Part shown: in pieces, positions 10,299 to 19,971 of the stretch
Position numbering within the stretch: the first letter of the stretch is position 1
How the letters are laid out: every line of letters begins with the position of its first letter
NCBI GenBank assembly: GCA_019057385.1
Contig: JAHQJS010000008.1
Coordinates: 32,001 to 96,000 of the forward strand
Direction of reading: 5' to 3'
DNA length: 64,000 nucleotides
Source: Candidatus Borrarchaeum weybense
Lineage (GTDB): Archaea > Asgardarchaeota > Sifarchaeia > Borrarchaeales > Borrarchaeaceae
Position numbers and translations under genes: made by a program
The notes under the pieces: generated by a model
The model's database searches: none
What the model saw: only the letters and a program-made list of their open reading frames with translations
What the model was told of the DNA's origin: nothing

Positions 10299-10566
10299 CC
10301 CTCAGCGCGCTATCATAACCTTATATTAGAAGCCTACACATCATAGTTTAAATATTTCTCGTAAAAATTTTGATCTAAATACTTAGAGATGTTGCTATAC
10401 ATGGATTTTTGGTCTTTTTCAAGCCTTCAATTTCGAATTTGGTGATCGTTGATGTCAAAAAGCAGCTGAATCGATTATTGCCGACTCTCAAGAAAGTTAT
10501 ATGAACCAGTAATTTAACAAGTTAGTTGTAGAAACCTTTCTCAATTACTAGGAGAATTGATCTGAT

Positions 10567-12105
10567 TTGATGACAGAATTCATTATCAAGCCGATTGACA
10601 TTACCTCTGGAAAGAATGAGGTCATTTTAAATGAAGATGATGCTACAAAAATGGGATTTAAAAACGGCGATCGACTCAAGATAAGACAAAGTGAAGTATC
10701 TACAGTTGGTATGGTTGAAACCACTAAGACAGTCGTAAATGAGGGCGAAATCGGAATTTATAAGGATATTTTAGAAAAATTTGCTTTTGAATTACGTGCG
10801 GGAGTAGAGGTTACAGCTGTAGGACGCCCTGATTCCTTCTACTTCATAAAAGAAAAAATGAAAAGTGAGAAGTTATCAAAAGACAAGATTTATTCAATTG
10901 TTGCTGATGCTGTTGCAGGAAACCTCTCTAATTTGGAACTTGCGGCTTTTATACTAGCTGAAGAGTTTGTTGGATTAGATATGGAGGAAATTGGGCATCT
11001 TACAAAAGCGATGGCAGAGACAGGACAAATGATCGATTTTGAAGAAACCGTATTTGATAAGCATAGCATTGGAGGCGTGCCAGGGAATAAAGTGACCCTA
11101 CTCATTGTGCCCATCGTTGCTTCAGCTGGATTACTCATCCCCAAAACCTCAAGCCGTGCAATTACTTCCCCGGCTGGTACAGCAGACACCTTTGAAGTAT
11201 TGGCGGATGTAAAATTTAATATAGACGAACTAAAAGAGTTGGCAAAAAAAGTCCGAGGAACCATTGCCTGGGGAGGCTCTCTTAATCTTGCTCCCTCTGA
11301 TGATATCTTCATTCACCGTGTTGAACATGGACTTGGCATAGATCCATTGCCGCAAATGATGGCAAGCATTTACTCAAAAAAACTGGCAACTGGTGTGGAT
11401 TTTCTTGTTCTGGACATTCCTACACTTACCCGATATTATGAAAGAGGTGCAAAGGTTAGAAGTGTCGAAGAGGCGCGTACTCTCGCTAGACAATTCGTTG
11501 AGCTTAGTGACCGAATAGGAATAAAAACAGAAGCTGCAATTACCTATGGCGGACAACCTGTTGGCCATGCAATAGGACCTGCATTGGAGGCAAGAGAAGC
11601 ACTTCAAGCTTTAGAAGGACTTAGACCCTCAGCTAGTTTAATTGAAAAATCATGTGCTCTAGCCGGAGTGCTTATTGAGATGTCTGGAAAAGCAACTAAA
11701 GGTCAAGGAAAGCAACTTGCTGAAGAAATTTTGAACTCAGGAAAAGCATTAAGCAAAATGAAAGAAATAATTGAAGCACAAGGCGGTAATCCTACTATTG
11801 AATCACAGGATGTTGCTATAGGCAATTATAAGGCGGAGTTGCGCTCATCCAGCGATGGCTATATAGTAAGAGTCGATAACAAACAGATTGTGAAGATTTG
11901 CAATACCGCAGGAACTCCTCGTGATAAAGGTGCTGGAATATTACTCCATGCAAAGGTGGGTTACAAAGTGAAAGCGGGTGACTTACTTCTTTCAATCTTC
12001 TCTAATAGTGAATCACGGCTCTCAAAGGCACATGCAATTGCACTTAAAAACAATCCAATAGTGTGTGAAGGCATGCTCATTGAAAGAATCTCTGATCTCA
12101 CCTAA
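10567..12105 (+). CDS. AMP phosphorylase (archaeal thymidine phosphorylase family)
   Basis: N-terminal extra domain, DKHSIGGVPGNK, KTSSRAITSPAGTAD, QPVGHAIGPALEA. Confidence 0.93.
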   Translation: MMTEFIIKPIDITSGKNEVILNEDDATKMGFKNGDRLKIRQSEVSTVGMVETTKTVVNEGEIGIYKDILEKFAFELRAGVEVTAVGRPDSFYFIKEKMKSEKLSKDKIYSIVADAVAGNLSNLELAAFILAEEFVGLDMEEIGHLTKAMAETGQMIDFEETVFDKHSIGGVPGNKVTLLIVPIVASAGLLIPKTSSRAITSPAGTADTFEVLADVKFNIDELKELAKKVRGTIAWGGSLNLAPSDDIFIHRVEHGLGIDPLPQMMASIYSKKLATGVDFLVLDIPTLTRYYERGAKVRSVEEARTLARQFVELSDRIGIKTEAAITYGGQPVGHAIGPALEAREALQALEGLRPSASLIEKSCALAGVLIEMSGKATKGQGKQLAEEILNSGKALSKMKEIIEAQGGNPTIESQDVAIGNYKAELRSSSDGYIVRVDNKQIVKICNTAGTPRDKGAGILLHAKVGYKVKAGDLLLSIFSNSESRLSKAHAIALKNNPIVCEGMLIERISDLT

Positions 12106-12129
12106 AGATTATCTCGTTTCTTTTTAATG

Positions 12130-12723
12130 TTAAACCGCAAGTTTTTCATAACTGGATATTAGTTTCCTACGTTCTTCATTGAGCTGCCGCAATTCTGAAA
12201 GTTTCTCAGAGAATACATTTAAATTTTCAATGCCGGCGCCTACAAAATTCTCGTTTATAATTTCATTTTTAAAGGACATTACACTCTCTTCTAACGCTTT
12301 CAGTTCAGTAAGAATATTGAATTCAAGAACTCGTACGAATTTGAAATCAATATCCTCAATTTTCTTGACTTCAAAATACGTGGAAAACCCATAATCTGGA
12401 TTGGTTACGTCGTTATAAAAGTTTTCAGCCAGGTCAATAATTGAGTCCATCTGAGTCCATGAATTTAAAAGCTGTAACTCGATGAATTTTACATGGGCTT
12501 CTTTTAATGCATCTCCTATCGTAACTAATCCTGTCTTTAAACATCCTCTCACGATTTTTTCTGCGCGATTCCTACCTTCAAGATCAATATACTTTTTATC
12601 ATCTGGTAGTTTATCAGGATCAATTTTAGTAAATTCGTCTTCTGAATCACTCTTTAGCGTAATCTTATGCAGAGTGCCTTTTGACATTTTCTTGATTTTT
12701 TTCCAAACCAAATTGAAAACCAC
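12130..12723 (-). CDS. Hypothetical helical protein
   Basis: 197-aa ORF with normal composition (DYGFSTYF motif, coiled C-terminus); function not recognised. Confidence 0.65.
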   Translation of the reverse strand: MVFNLVWKKIKKMSKGTLHKITLKSDSEDEFTKIDPDKLPDDKKYIDLEGRNRAEKIVRGCLKTGLVTIGDALKEAHVKFIELQLLNSWTQMDSIIDLAENFYNDVTNPDYGFSTYFEVKKIEDIDFKFVRVLEFNILTELKALEESVMSFKNEIINENFVGAGIENLNVFSEKLSELRQLNEERRKLISSYEKLAV

Positions 12724-12828
12724 CTTGGATAATTTAGATGATTGGTAATTGTTAATCTGCTCGAAGTAAAAGTGTCTATATCATGCATTCTCTTATTACG
12801 TTTTAGGCTAAAAGCACACATACCTTAC

Positions 12829-13032
12829 TGATAACTGAGCAGGAAAGCACCAATGCTTAAGCAAAGTGATGAATTGTGTTGTGGTTATATAGCTTGTTGG
12901 TGACAAAGTTTATGAGTACCTACGGGGCGTGGGGATGTTAAGCCTGTGGAGATAAGACCTCCGTAACCTGCAAGGGGATCGAGTCTGTCATAGAAGCAGG
13001 AAGCCTAAAAGCTTTAGCACGAGATAATTCAT
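12829..13032 (+). mobile_element. Non-autonomous miniature IS200/IS605 derivative (left end + omega-RNA/right end, no protein gene)
   Basis: TTAC (12825-12828)|15 nt|AAAG + hairpin caccaatgcttaagcaaagtg + atgaattg matches the left end of the 35957-37419 element. The 3' part gcctgtggaga...agaagcaggaagcct..gctttagc..gagataattcat matches that element's right end. Confidence 0.82.
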
Positions 13033-13050
13033 CTAACATATTCCATTCTC
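12914..13050 (+). ncRNA. Putative stand-alone TnpB omega-RNA (scaffold ~12914-13032, guide ~13033-13050)
   Basis: Similar to the 3' end of the tnpB element at 35957-36100. TTATATAG at 12885-12892 upstream; T-tract at 13051-13071 downstream. Confidence 0.55.
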
Positions 13051-13074
13051 TATTTTATTTTTTTTTATTTTGTG

Positions 13075-14847
13075 CTATTCAATTTTCTTTAACTGACCTT
13101 TGAAAAGGTCGATTATTTCCTGTTGAGATGTTGCTTGTTCAGCTGTCTTATCATCCCTTATACGTCCAGTAAACCTTGGGAAACGCATAGCTAGACCGCT
13201 TCCCTTTCTTATCATATCTAAAGCACATGTATGCACTGGCGAAAGTGTTAGTTCAGCAGCTTGAACCTCTAAAACAATTGTTGGTTTGATCCATATGTCT
13301 GGAACTGTTGAGTTTTTGATAATTACTCGAGGTGGTTTCTTCGAGACGCGATATTGGTCTAATAATTTTTGAAGAGTCTCCAAATGTTCGTCTGTAAAGC
13401 CACTACCCATTCTACACACGCTTTTAAACTGATTTTCGATTGGGTCATAACACGCCATGAGAAGAGAGCCATAGAAACCTGTGCGCGCTCCGTACCCCAC
13501 ATATGCTCCAATTACAACCGCGTCGATCGTATCTGCAACTTCGCTTTTATAGTCTCTTTTAAATTTAATCCACAGCCAGCCTCTTGCACCCGCCTGATAA
13601 ATGGATTCTTCTTGAATGGATTTTGCCATAATGCCTTCGCATCCCTTTTCAACCGCTGATTCGAAAAATTCTTCTAATTCATCTTCAGAAGTTATCTCTT
13701 TTTGAACTGCAAGTCTAAGTTGTTCTGTTTCGTTTACTATCTTCTCCAGCGCTTTTCTACGAAGAGGATAGTTTTTATTTGTGAAATCTTTGTTATCAAG
13801 GTATAAAAGATCAAATAGGAAAAGATTAACTGGAATCGCTTTCATAGTTTTCTTTATTCCATATTTTCTGCGTCGATGCATTAGTTCTTGAAAAGGACGT
13901 AATTCTCCAGTTTCAACATTATATGCAACAACTTCTCCTTCTATAATTGCATTATTAGCACGAATCTGTGCTCTAACCATTTCACATACGTCAGGATATT
14001 GTTCACTAATTTCTTCAAGTCGTCTTGAAAAAATAAGCACCGTTTCCCCATCCTTGTGAATCTGAAGACGTTCTCCATCGTACTTAAATTCAGCAATAAA
14101 TGTTCCTTTTAACTTTGCAAATATTTCTTCTTTCTCTCCTGACCTTTGTGCCATCATCATACGAATTGGATGCCGAATCGTGACCTTAAAGTCTTTGACA
14201 GACTCTATTCCTTCCTTCACTAATCTTTCTGCAATTAGACCAAGATCAGACGAAATATTGAACGCTCTTTCTATTATAGGTCTATTTGTTGCATTATCAG
14301 TATAGGCAATTGCAAGTGCATCCATAATAGTCATATCCGCCATACCAAGTCTCATTTGACCTAAAATTGTCCGGATTATGTACCTAGCTTCTAAAGGAGA
14401 CGCATTTGTTAGCAATCCTGCTAATAGTTTAATCTTAGTGTCTACTGATCCCTTACCACTTGTTCTGCCTATCTTATCAAGTGTTTCTGACATGTATTTG
14501 ACATCAAGTAGCTTTGTGAACAAAGTTGTTTGTTTTTTAATTGCTAACTCTTCTTCCGCAGCCTTTCCTAGATCCCCTTTCTCTTTCATTTTTTCTACAA
14601 TTTGATTGGTAGTTAATCCGGTAGCATTTGCAATAGATTTTATTACCATTTTTTCAGCCATTCCGTATTGGAAATCTTCATAATCAGGGTAAGGTGAGCC
14701 TCTTATAAGGCCAATAACGTCACGGATATGGTCTGGAGGAGTCGCTTTAAATAACTCCACTAAATGGTTTGTCATCTCCGTTCGCTTTGACGTAACTTCT
14801 ATCTTACTCAATTTTCCTGCTAAGACCTGATATTTCACTTTTCCCAC
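13075..14847 (-). CDS. lig: ATP-dependent DNA ligase
   Basis: Motif I EFKYDGER, EGIMAK, YQAGARGWLWIKFK, RFPRF. Confidence 0.96.
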   Translation of the reverse strand: MGKVKYQVLAGKLSKIEVTSKRTEMTNHLVELFKATPPDHIRDVIGLIRGSPYPDYEDFQYGMAEKMVIKSIANATGLTTNQIVEKMKEKGDLGKAAEEELAIKKQTTLFTKLLDVKYMSETLDKIGRTSGKGSVDTKIKLLAGLLTNASPLEARYIIRTILGQMRLGMADMTIMDALAIAYTDNATNRPIIERAFNISSDLGLIAERLVKEGIESVKDFKVTIRHPIRMMMAQRSGEKEEIFAKLKGTFIAEFKYDGERLQIHKDGETVLIFSRRLEEISEQYPDVCEMVRAQIRANNAIIEGEVVAYNVETGELRPFQELMHRRRKYGIKKTMKAIPVNLFLFDLLYLDNKDFTNKNYPLRRKALEKIVNETEQLRLAVQKEITSEDELEEFFESAVEKGCEGIMAKSIQEESIYQAGARGWLWIKFKRDYKSEVADTIDAVVIGAYVGYGARTGFYGSLLMACYDPIENQFKSVCRMGSGFTDEHLETLQKLLDQYRVSKKPPRVIIKNSTVPDIWIKPTIVLEVQAAELTLSPVHTCALDMIRKGSGLAMRFPRFTGRIRDDKTAEQATSQQEIIDLFKGQLKKIE

Positions 14848-15011
14848 GATCCGTTATAGCAAAATTTAAAGTAACCATTATCACAATCAAAGCCTTGTTA
14901 TTCACAAAGTGTAATGCAAGAATTAATTTAAACATGATACCAAACAAAAGACACTGGTAACCAATTTCCAAGCTATTATTCTTTCAATTCATTTCGGAGA
15001 GGTGTATTTGA

Positions 15012-15932
15012 ATGTCACGTAAAAAATCAAGTTCAAAAGAAGATATATTTGAGAAATATAGAAAAGCCGGTCATATTGTTGCGAAGGCAAAAGAATACAT
15101 TCGACCATTTGTAAAAATTGGTACAAAACTCTTTGATATCTGCGAAAAGGCTGAACAATTTGTGATAAAAGAAGGAGGAAAACTTGCCTTTCCTTGTAAT
15201 GTCTCAATTAACCATATAGCCGCCCATTATTCATCACCACCTGGGGATAAGACAATAATAAAAGAAGGCGATATCGTGAAGGTAGACATCGGTGCACACA
15301 TCGATGGTTTTATTGCAGACTCAGCATTTACAGTAAACTTCGATCCAGATTTCGATAAATTAGTTGAAGCTGCGGTGGATTCTTGCCATGCCGCAATTGA
15401 AGCAGTGCTTCCTGGAACCAACACTAAAGATATTGGCAAAATAGTTGAATCTACTATAAAATCAAAATCATCTAAATATAGGCCTATCAAAGAACTTTCA
15501 GGACATATTCTAGATGAATATTCGTTACATGGGTCAAAAACAATCCCAAACGTCCCTATTCCATACGGGGTTAAGATCGAAGAGGGAGAAGTGTATGCCG
15601 TTGAAACATTTGCCAGTTCTGGTTCTGGCTCTGTTCATGATTTACCCTATGGCTATATCTACCGTTTACTGCCAGTTCGAACTCCAGTTAGATCAAAAGG
15701 CGCTCGAAAAATAATTAGTGCTGTTTTAAAGGAGCATAAAACGTTACCATTCAGCGAGAGATGGATCGCCAAACAAGTCAAAGCTTATAAAGTGGCCTTA
15801 AATGAACTCGTCACGAAGGGTGTCTTCCATCGATATAAAGTACTTTCAGATAAGAAAGGCTGTAAAGTTGCTCAAAATGAAGAAACGATGATTGTCACGA
15901 AAGAAGGACCTGAAATTACAACAACAATTTAG
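15012..15932 (+). CDS. map: Type II methionine aminopeptidase
   Basis: AFPCNVSINHIAAHY, KVDIGAHIDGFIAD, LSGH, YAVETF. Confidence 0.95.
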   Translation: MSRKKSSSKEDIFEKYRKAGHIVAKAKEYIRPFVKIGTKLFDICEKAEQFVIKEGGKLAFPCNVSINHIAAHYSSPPGDKTIIKEGDIVKVDIGAHIDGFIADSAFTVNFDPDFDKLVEAAVDSCHAAIEAVLPGTNTKDIGKIVESTIKSKSSKYRPIKELSGHILDEYSLHGSKTIPNVPIPYGVKIEEGEVYAVETFASSGSGSVHDLPYGYIYRLLPVRTPVRSKGARKIISAVLKEHKTLPFSERWIAKQVKAYKVALNELVTKGVFHRYKVLSDKKGCKVAQNEETMIVTKEGPEITTTI

Positions 15933-16027
15933 TTTATAATGTATTTCAGAGAATTGCGATTTATACTATAAGCCCATAGATGAAACTGAGGTCAAATTAA
16001 AGAATTACAGAAAAAGGTATAAAGCCT

Positions 16028-17461
16028 ATGACTAAAGCGCAATCACTTTTTTCTCTAACCAGGGATATAAGGACACGTCTTTTTATTAGCGTCTTAATTG
16101 TGTATGTCTACTTTATTAACGGCTTTAATTCTCCCAACGAAGGGTCTCGCCTTGCTTTAATTATGGCAATTGTAGAACAGCAATCGTTTAAGATCAATGA
16201 TTTTATGGAATGGACATGGTGGATAGATTATAGTGAATACCCTCCTGGGAGCGGAAACTATTATTCGGATAAAGGACCAGGCTTGAGTTTTTTAGGAATT
16301 CCCTTCTATTTTCTTGGTAAATTTGTTGCATATAGACTGTATTCAGATCCTTTATTAGTTAACGGAACGTTGGCAAGTTTTGTAGTCTTATGTGGCTCTA
16401 TATTTACTGTACTTAGCGTTGTGGTGGTTTTCGAGTTTTGTAAGTTGCTTGAAATTAATGAAAAAACGAGTCTCCTTACAGCTTTATCTTATGCCTTTGG
16501 TACAATCGCTTTTGTCTATGGGAAAACCTTTTTTGCACATGGAACATCCGCATTTCTATTAATTTCAGCGGCGTACCTCACAGTGCATTACTTTCAAAAT
16601 GGAAGGAAAGACAGTACAAAAGTATTCCTTGCTGGCCTTGCCTTAGGATATTCTGTTTGTATAGATTACCAAAATGTACTTGCATTACCACCAATTCTCG
16701 CATTTTATGCGTTTAAACGAGAATTTAGAAAATTATTGTTATTTCTAGTTCCTTACCTAGCATGTTTAGGACTGCTCGCCTGGTACCATTTTGTAATTTT
16801 CGATAGCCCATTCTCAACGCCATATATGTATACTGGCTATTATGGAGAAGTACAAAGTTTTCAGGCGTTTTCTTATCCCATGTACCTCGGTTTGTGGGGC
16901 TTATTGTTCAGTACCTATCGTGGATTATTTTATTTTTCGCCATTTCTTCTATTTACAGCATATGGTTTTGTATTGTTCTTTAGACGTTATCCACAAGAGG
17001 CAATTTGGTTTGCGTCAACCTTCTTATTGATGTTATTTGTGTTGTCTGTGTATGTTGTATGGCATGGAGGCGGAGCTTACGGCCCAAGGCTTTTATTGAG
17101 TGTCATTCCTTTCATTGTCGTCCCCATAGGAATACTTTTAGATACTCCCCATATTGCGAATAATCGCTGGTTTCAAGTGATTTTTTTTGGTACTTTGGCA
17201 TATAGTATTTTTACCCTAGCAACTGGTGCAGTTACTGATCCAGTTCCTTTTCCATGGACTCCAAATCCGTTTTTAGAGTATAACTTACCCCTTTTGATCG
17301 GAGGAAATTTAGATAGCGCTTTATTCAAATACATTTCGCCGTATACAATCATTCTGGTACCAATATTGCTTCTAGTAGTAAATCTGCGACAAATTCACCT
17401 TCTTAAATTAAGAAATAAATTGCTTGACACAATTAACGCTTTTAGAAAGGCTCTGCCATAA
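16028..17461 (+). CDS. Polytopic membrane protein, GT-C (PMT/GT39-like) glycosyltransferase fold
   Basis: Many hydrophobic segments; NEGSR, YYSDKGPGLS, GLFYFSP and WHGGGAYGPRLL motifs. Confidence 0.7.
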   Translation: MTKAQSLFSLTRDIRTRLFISVLIVYVYFINGFNSPNEGSRLALIMAIVEQQSFKINDFMEWTWWIDYSEYPPGSGNYYSDKGPGLSFLGIPFYFLGKFVAYRLYSDPLLVNGTLASFVVLCGSIFTVLSVVVVFEFCKLLEINEKTSLLTALSYAFGTIAFVYGKTFFAHGTSAFLLISAAYLTVHYFQNGRKDSTKVFLAGLALGYSVCIDYQNVLALPPILAFYAFKREFRKLLLFLVPYLACLGLLAWYHFVIFDSPFSTPYMYTGYYGEVQSFQAFSYPMYLGLWGLLFSTYRGLFYFSPFLLFTAYGFVLFFRRYPQEAIWFASTFLLMLFVLSVYVVWHGGGAYGPRLLLSVIPFIVVPIGILLDTPHIANNRWFQVIFFGTLAYSIFTLATGAVTDPVPFPWTPNPFLEYNLPLLIGGNLDSALFKYISPYTIILVPILLLVVNLRQIHLLKLRNKLLDTINAFRKALP

Positions 17462-17642
17462 CATGCTTTCATTAAACTTTGTTTTGAGAAAACAAGAGTA
17501 ATGTAAGTTTGTTTTTGTGTATTTGTCCGCCCACAATTTCTATAAGGTTGGTCTTTCCTCTCACGGAAAGATTGAGAATTCTTATAAAACGTGGAGTTTT
17601 ATAAATAATCATAAGGTTAGGTTGGGATTCACATATATCTAA

Positions 17643-18071
17643 ATGGGAGGTTTTCCATTGGATGACATAGACCAAAAAATTATTGATCTCTTAAAAAAAG
17701 ACTCCCGTACTTCCTTTGTAAAAATTGCTGACGCTGTGGAACTTTCAGAAACTGCTGTTCGAAAAAGGATAAAAAATCTTCAGGATAATGGCATCATTAA
17801 GCGTTTTACTGTTGAAATCGATGAAGAACAACAAACAAAGGCTATCGCGATGATAGAAACCCAAGCAAGCATGCATACGCCCGAGATTTCTCAAAAATTC
17901 ATTGAAATTGAAGGAGTGTCATATTTATTTGAAACAACTGGAGAGTACGATATCATTGCTGTTCTTTCAACTACGACAATTGAAGAGCTTAATCGAACAC
18001 TTGAAAAAATCCGGTTAACTGAGGGTGTAATTAGAACAAACACAAGTCTCGTCTTACGCAGTTGGTTTTAA
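17643..18071 (+). CDS. lysM: Lrp/AsnC family regulator (LysM-like)
   Basis: LDDIDQKIIDLLKKDSR..SETAVRKRI HTH, TGEYD RAM domain; directly upstream of lysW. Probable start TTG 17658 after GGAGG. Confidence 0.82.
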   Translation: MGGFPLDDIDQKIIDLLKKDSRTSFVKIADAVELSETAVRKRIKNLQDNGIIKRFTVEIDEEQQTKAIAMIETQASMHTPEISQKFIEIEGVSYLFETTGEYDIIAVLSTTTIEELNRTLEKIRLTEGVIRTNTSLVLRSWF

Positions 18072-18189
18072 TTACTTGATCGGTGGGAAGTCCCCTCCTT
18101 CGGAATGGAAGTATTTTACTAACGTAACTTTTTTATTTCTTCTTGAATTAGATTTTCGTATGTTGCTCGATTTTTTGAAAATTTTCACA

Positions 18190-18253
18190 ATTTCGAACCA
18201 AAAAAATCGAATTATGAACCTCGAATTATGTTTTCAAACACAACATTTATATA
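18190..18253 (+). promoter_or_regulatory. lysW promoter with periodic TCGAA motifs (candidate LysM/Lrp operator) and TATA box
   Basis: TCGAA at 18193, 18207 and 18221 (14-bp period; tcgaattatg twice), then TTTATATA at 18246-18253. Confidence 0.5.
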
Positions 18254-18329
18254 GTGAAAACTATTATTCCGAATCAAGTATCTTAATCACGAACAATAAT
18301 CTTATCAATATTACTTGAGGTGACCCAAC

Positions 18330-18506
18330 TTGTACGATGTTGAATGTCCAGAATGTTGTGCCGCAATAGATGCCCCCGATGACGTAATGGAGGGCGAAAT
18401 ACTCGATTGTCCCGATTGTGGAGTAGAAGTCGAGGTTAGAGAAATCAATGGAAATGGTATCGAGGTCTGCATAGCTGAAATTGAAGGAGAGGACTGGGGC
18501 GAGTAA
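18330..18506 (+). CDS. lysW: Amino-group carrier protein LysW, copy 1 (missed by ORF track)
   Basis: TTG start after GAGGTGA; MYDVECPECCAAIDAPDDVMEGEILDCPDCGVEVEV...EIEGEDWGE*: Zn ribbon plus C-terminal EDWGE. Confidence 0.95.
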   Translation: MYDVECPECCAAIDAPDDVMEGEILDCPDCGVEVEVREINGNGIEVCIAEIEGEDWGE

Positions 18507-18737
18507 ATAAATTCCATGATTTTTTCTTATTATTTTTCAGCTAGTTTTTTATTATTTTTCAGCCTCTATTTTGATTTTAAACACAATGGCTCCAATATAA
18601 TCACATACAGAGACATAAAAGACTGTAAATTGCCTTTAATCACTAGTCAGCGCATTCTTTATAAACTAACTATTATTATTCATACTCCTTAGAATGTTAA
18701 CAATGAAATCTTTATGTTGACAATGAGATGACCTTGT

Positions 18738-18914
18738 TTGAAATCTATTGAATGCCCTCAGTGTGGTGCCTTGATAGACGTCCCCGAAGACGTAGTAATG
18801 GGTGAAATCCTTGACTGCCCCGATTGCGGGACTGAGCTAGAAGTAACAAAAGTCAGTGAAGGAGAAATAGAAATTTCTTCTGCTGAAATTGAAGGAGAAG
18901 ACTGGGGTGAATGA
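18738..18914 (+). CDS. lysW: Amino-group carrier protein LysW, copy 2 (missed by ORF track)
   Basis: MKSIECPQCGALIDVPEDVVMGEILDCPDCGTELEV...EIEGEDWGE*. Confidence 0.95.
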   Translation: MKSIECPQCGALIDVPEDVVMGEILDCPDCGTELEVTKVSEGEIEISSAEIEGEDWGE

Positions 18915-19011
18915 TTAAAATATTTTTAACTTCAAATTTATTATTTTAAAAAACTAAATTGATCAAAATGAAATTATGTTCATACATTTGTGATAAGAGA
19001 AACTGAGCGAT

Positions 19012-19896
19012 GTGGATAACGAAATGAAAACCATTGGACTTCTTTTTGATAGGCTTAGATGGTACGAAAAATCGATAATCCAAGCGGCAGCAAAAAAAGG
19101 TATTGAAGTTGCAAAGATTGACGCAAAAGATCTCTCCATTGATATTACCCGTTCTGATAACGATTTTGGCGAAAACGATGTAATCCTGCAAAGATGTATC
19201 AGTTATTATCGTGGTCTATATCTCACAGCGGTTTTAGAAAACGAAGGCACACAGGTAATAAATCCTTTTCAGGTATCTCAAACCTGTGGTAACAAACTTC
19301 TGACTACAATGGCTCTGAAAAAGGCGAATGTGCCTACACCACGAACTATAATAGCATTTACACCAGAATCAGCACTCAAAGCGATTAAGGAAATTGGTTA
19401 TCCCGCCATAGTCAAGCCAATTGTAGGAAGTTGGGGCCATTTTATTGCACCTGTCAATGAAGATAACGTAGCAAAAGCTATTATCGAACATAGAGAATCG
19501 ATGTCACCTCCTCTTGGCAAAATCTATTATATCCAAGAGGAAGTTAAGAGGCTACCTACAGAGTTGCGGAAGCGCGATATTCGTAGTTTTGTAATCGGAG
19601 ATGACGTGGTTGCGGCTATTTATAGAGTCGCTAAAGAAGGTGAATTCATAACAAACACCTCACGCGGAGGCAAAGCTTTACCATGTGAAGTGGACAGCGA
19701 AATCGAAGAAATAAGCCTGAAAGCAGCTGAAGCTGTTGGAGGCGGGGTTCTAGGAGTCGACTTAATGGAAAGCCCTGATGGATATGTTTGTCATGAAGTG
19801 AACCACGTCATGGAATTTCGCAACACTGTTGAAGTAACAGGCATCCCAGTTCACGAAATAATAGTGGATTACCTTATTGAACAAGCTAAGAAATAA
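19012..19896 (+). CDS. lysX: LysX/ArgX family ATP-grasp ligase (alpha-aminoadipate/glutamate-LysW ligase)
   Basis: RCISYYRG, CGNK, KPIVGSWG, RDIR, AIYR..FITNTSRGG, EVNHVMEF. Confidence 0.92.
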   Translation: MDNEMKTIGLLFDRLRWYEKSIIQAAAKKGIEVAKIDAKDLSIDITRSDNDFGENDVILQRCISYYRGLYLTAVLENEGTQVINPFQVSQTCGNKLLTTMALKKANVPTPRTIIAFTPESALKAIKEIGYPAIVKPIVGSWGHFIAPVNEDNVAKAIIEHRESMSPPLGKIYYIQEEVKRLPTELRKRDIRSFVIGDDVVAAIYRVAKEGEFITNTSRGGKALPCEVDSEIEEISLKAAEAVGGGVLGVDLMESPDGYVCHEVNHVMEFRNTVEVTGIPVHEIIVDYLIEQAKK

Positions 19897-19971
19897 CTAC
19901 TTAAATATTTCAAAACTCTTGTTTTGTCACGATTTTCAAGAGTTTATGATAAACGCAGGTGAGAAAAAGCT

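Noticed and set aside
18076-18517. Track ORFs 18076..18318 (+) and 18311..18517 (-)
   Set aside because: The first spans the lysW promoter and has no protein-like features; the second is antisense to lysW copy 1.
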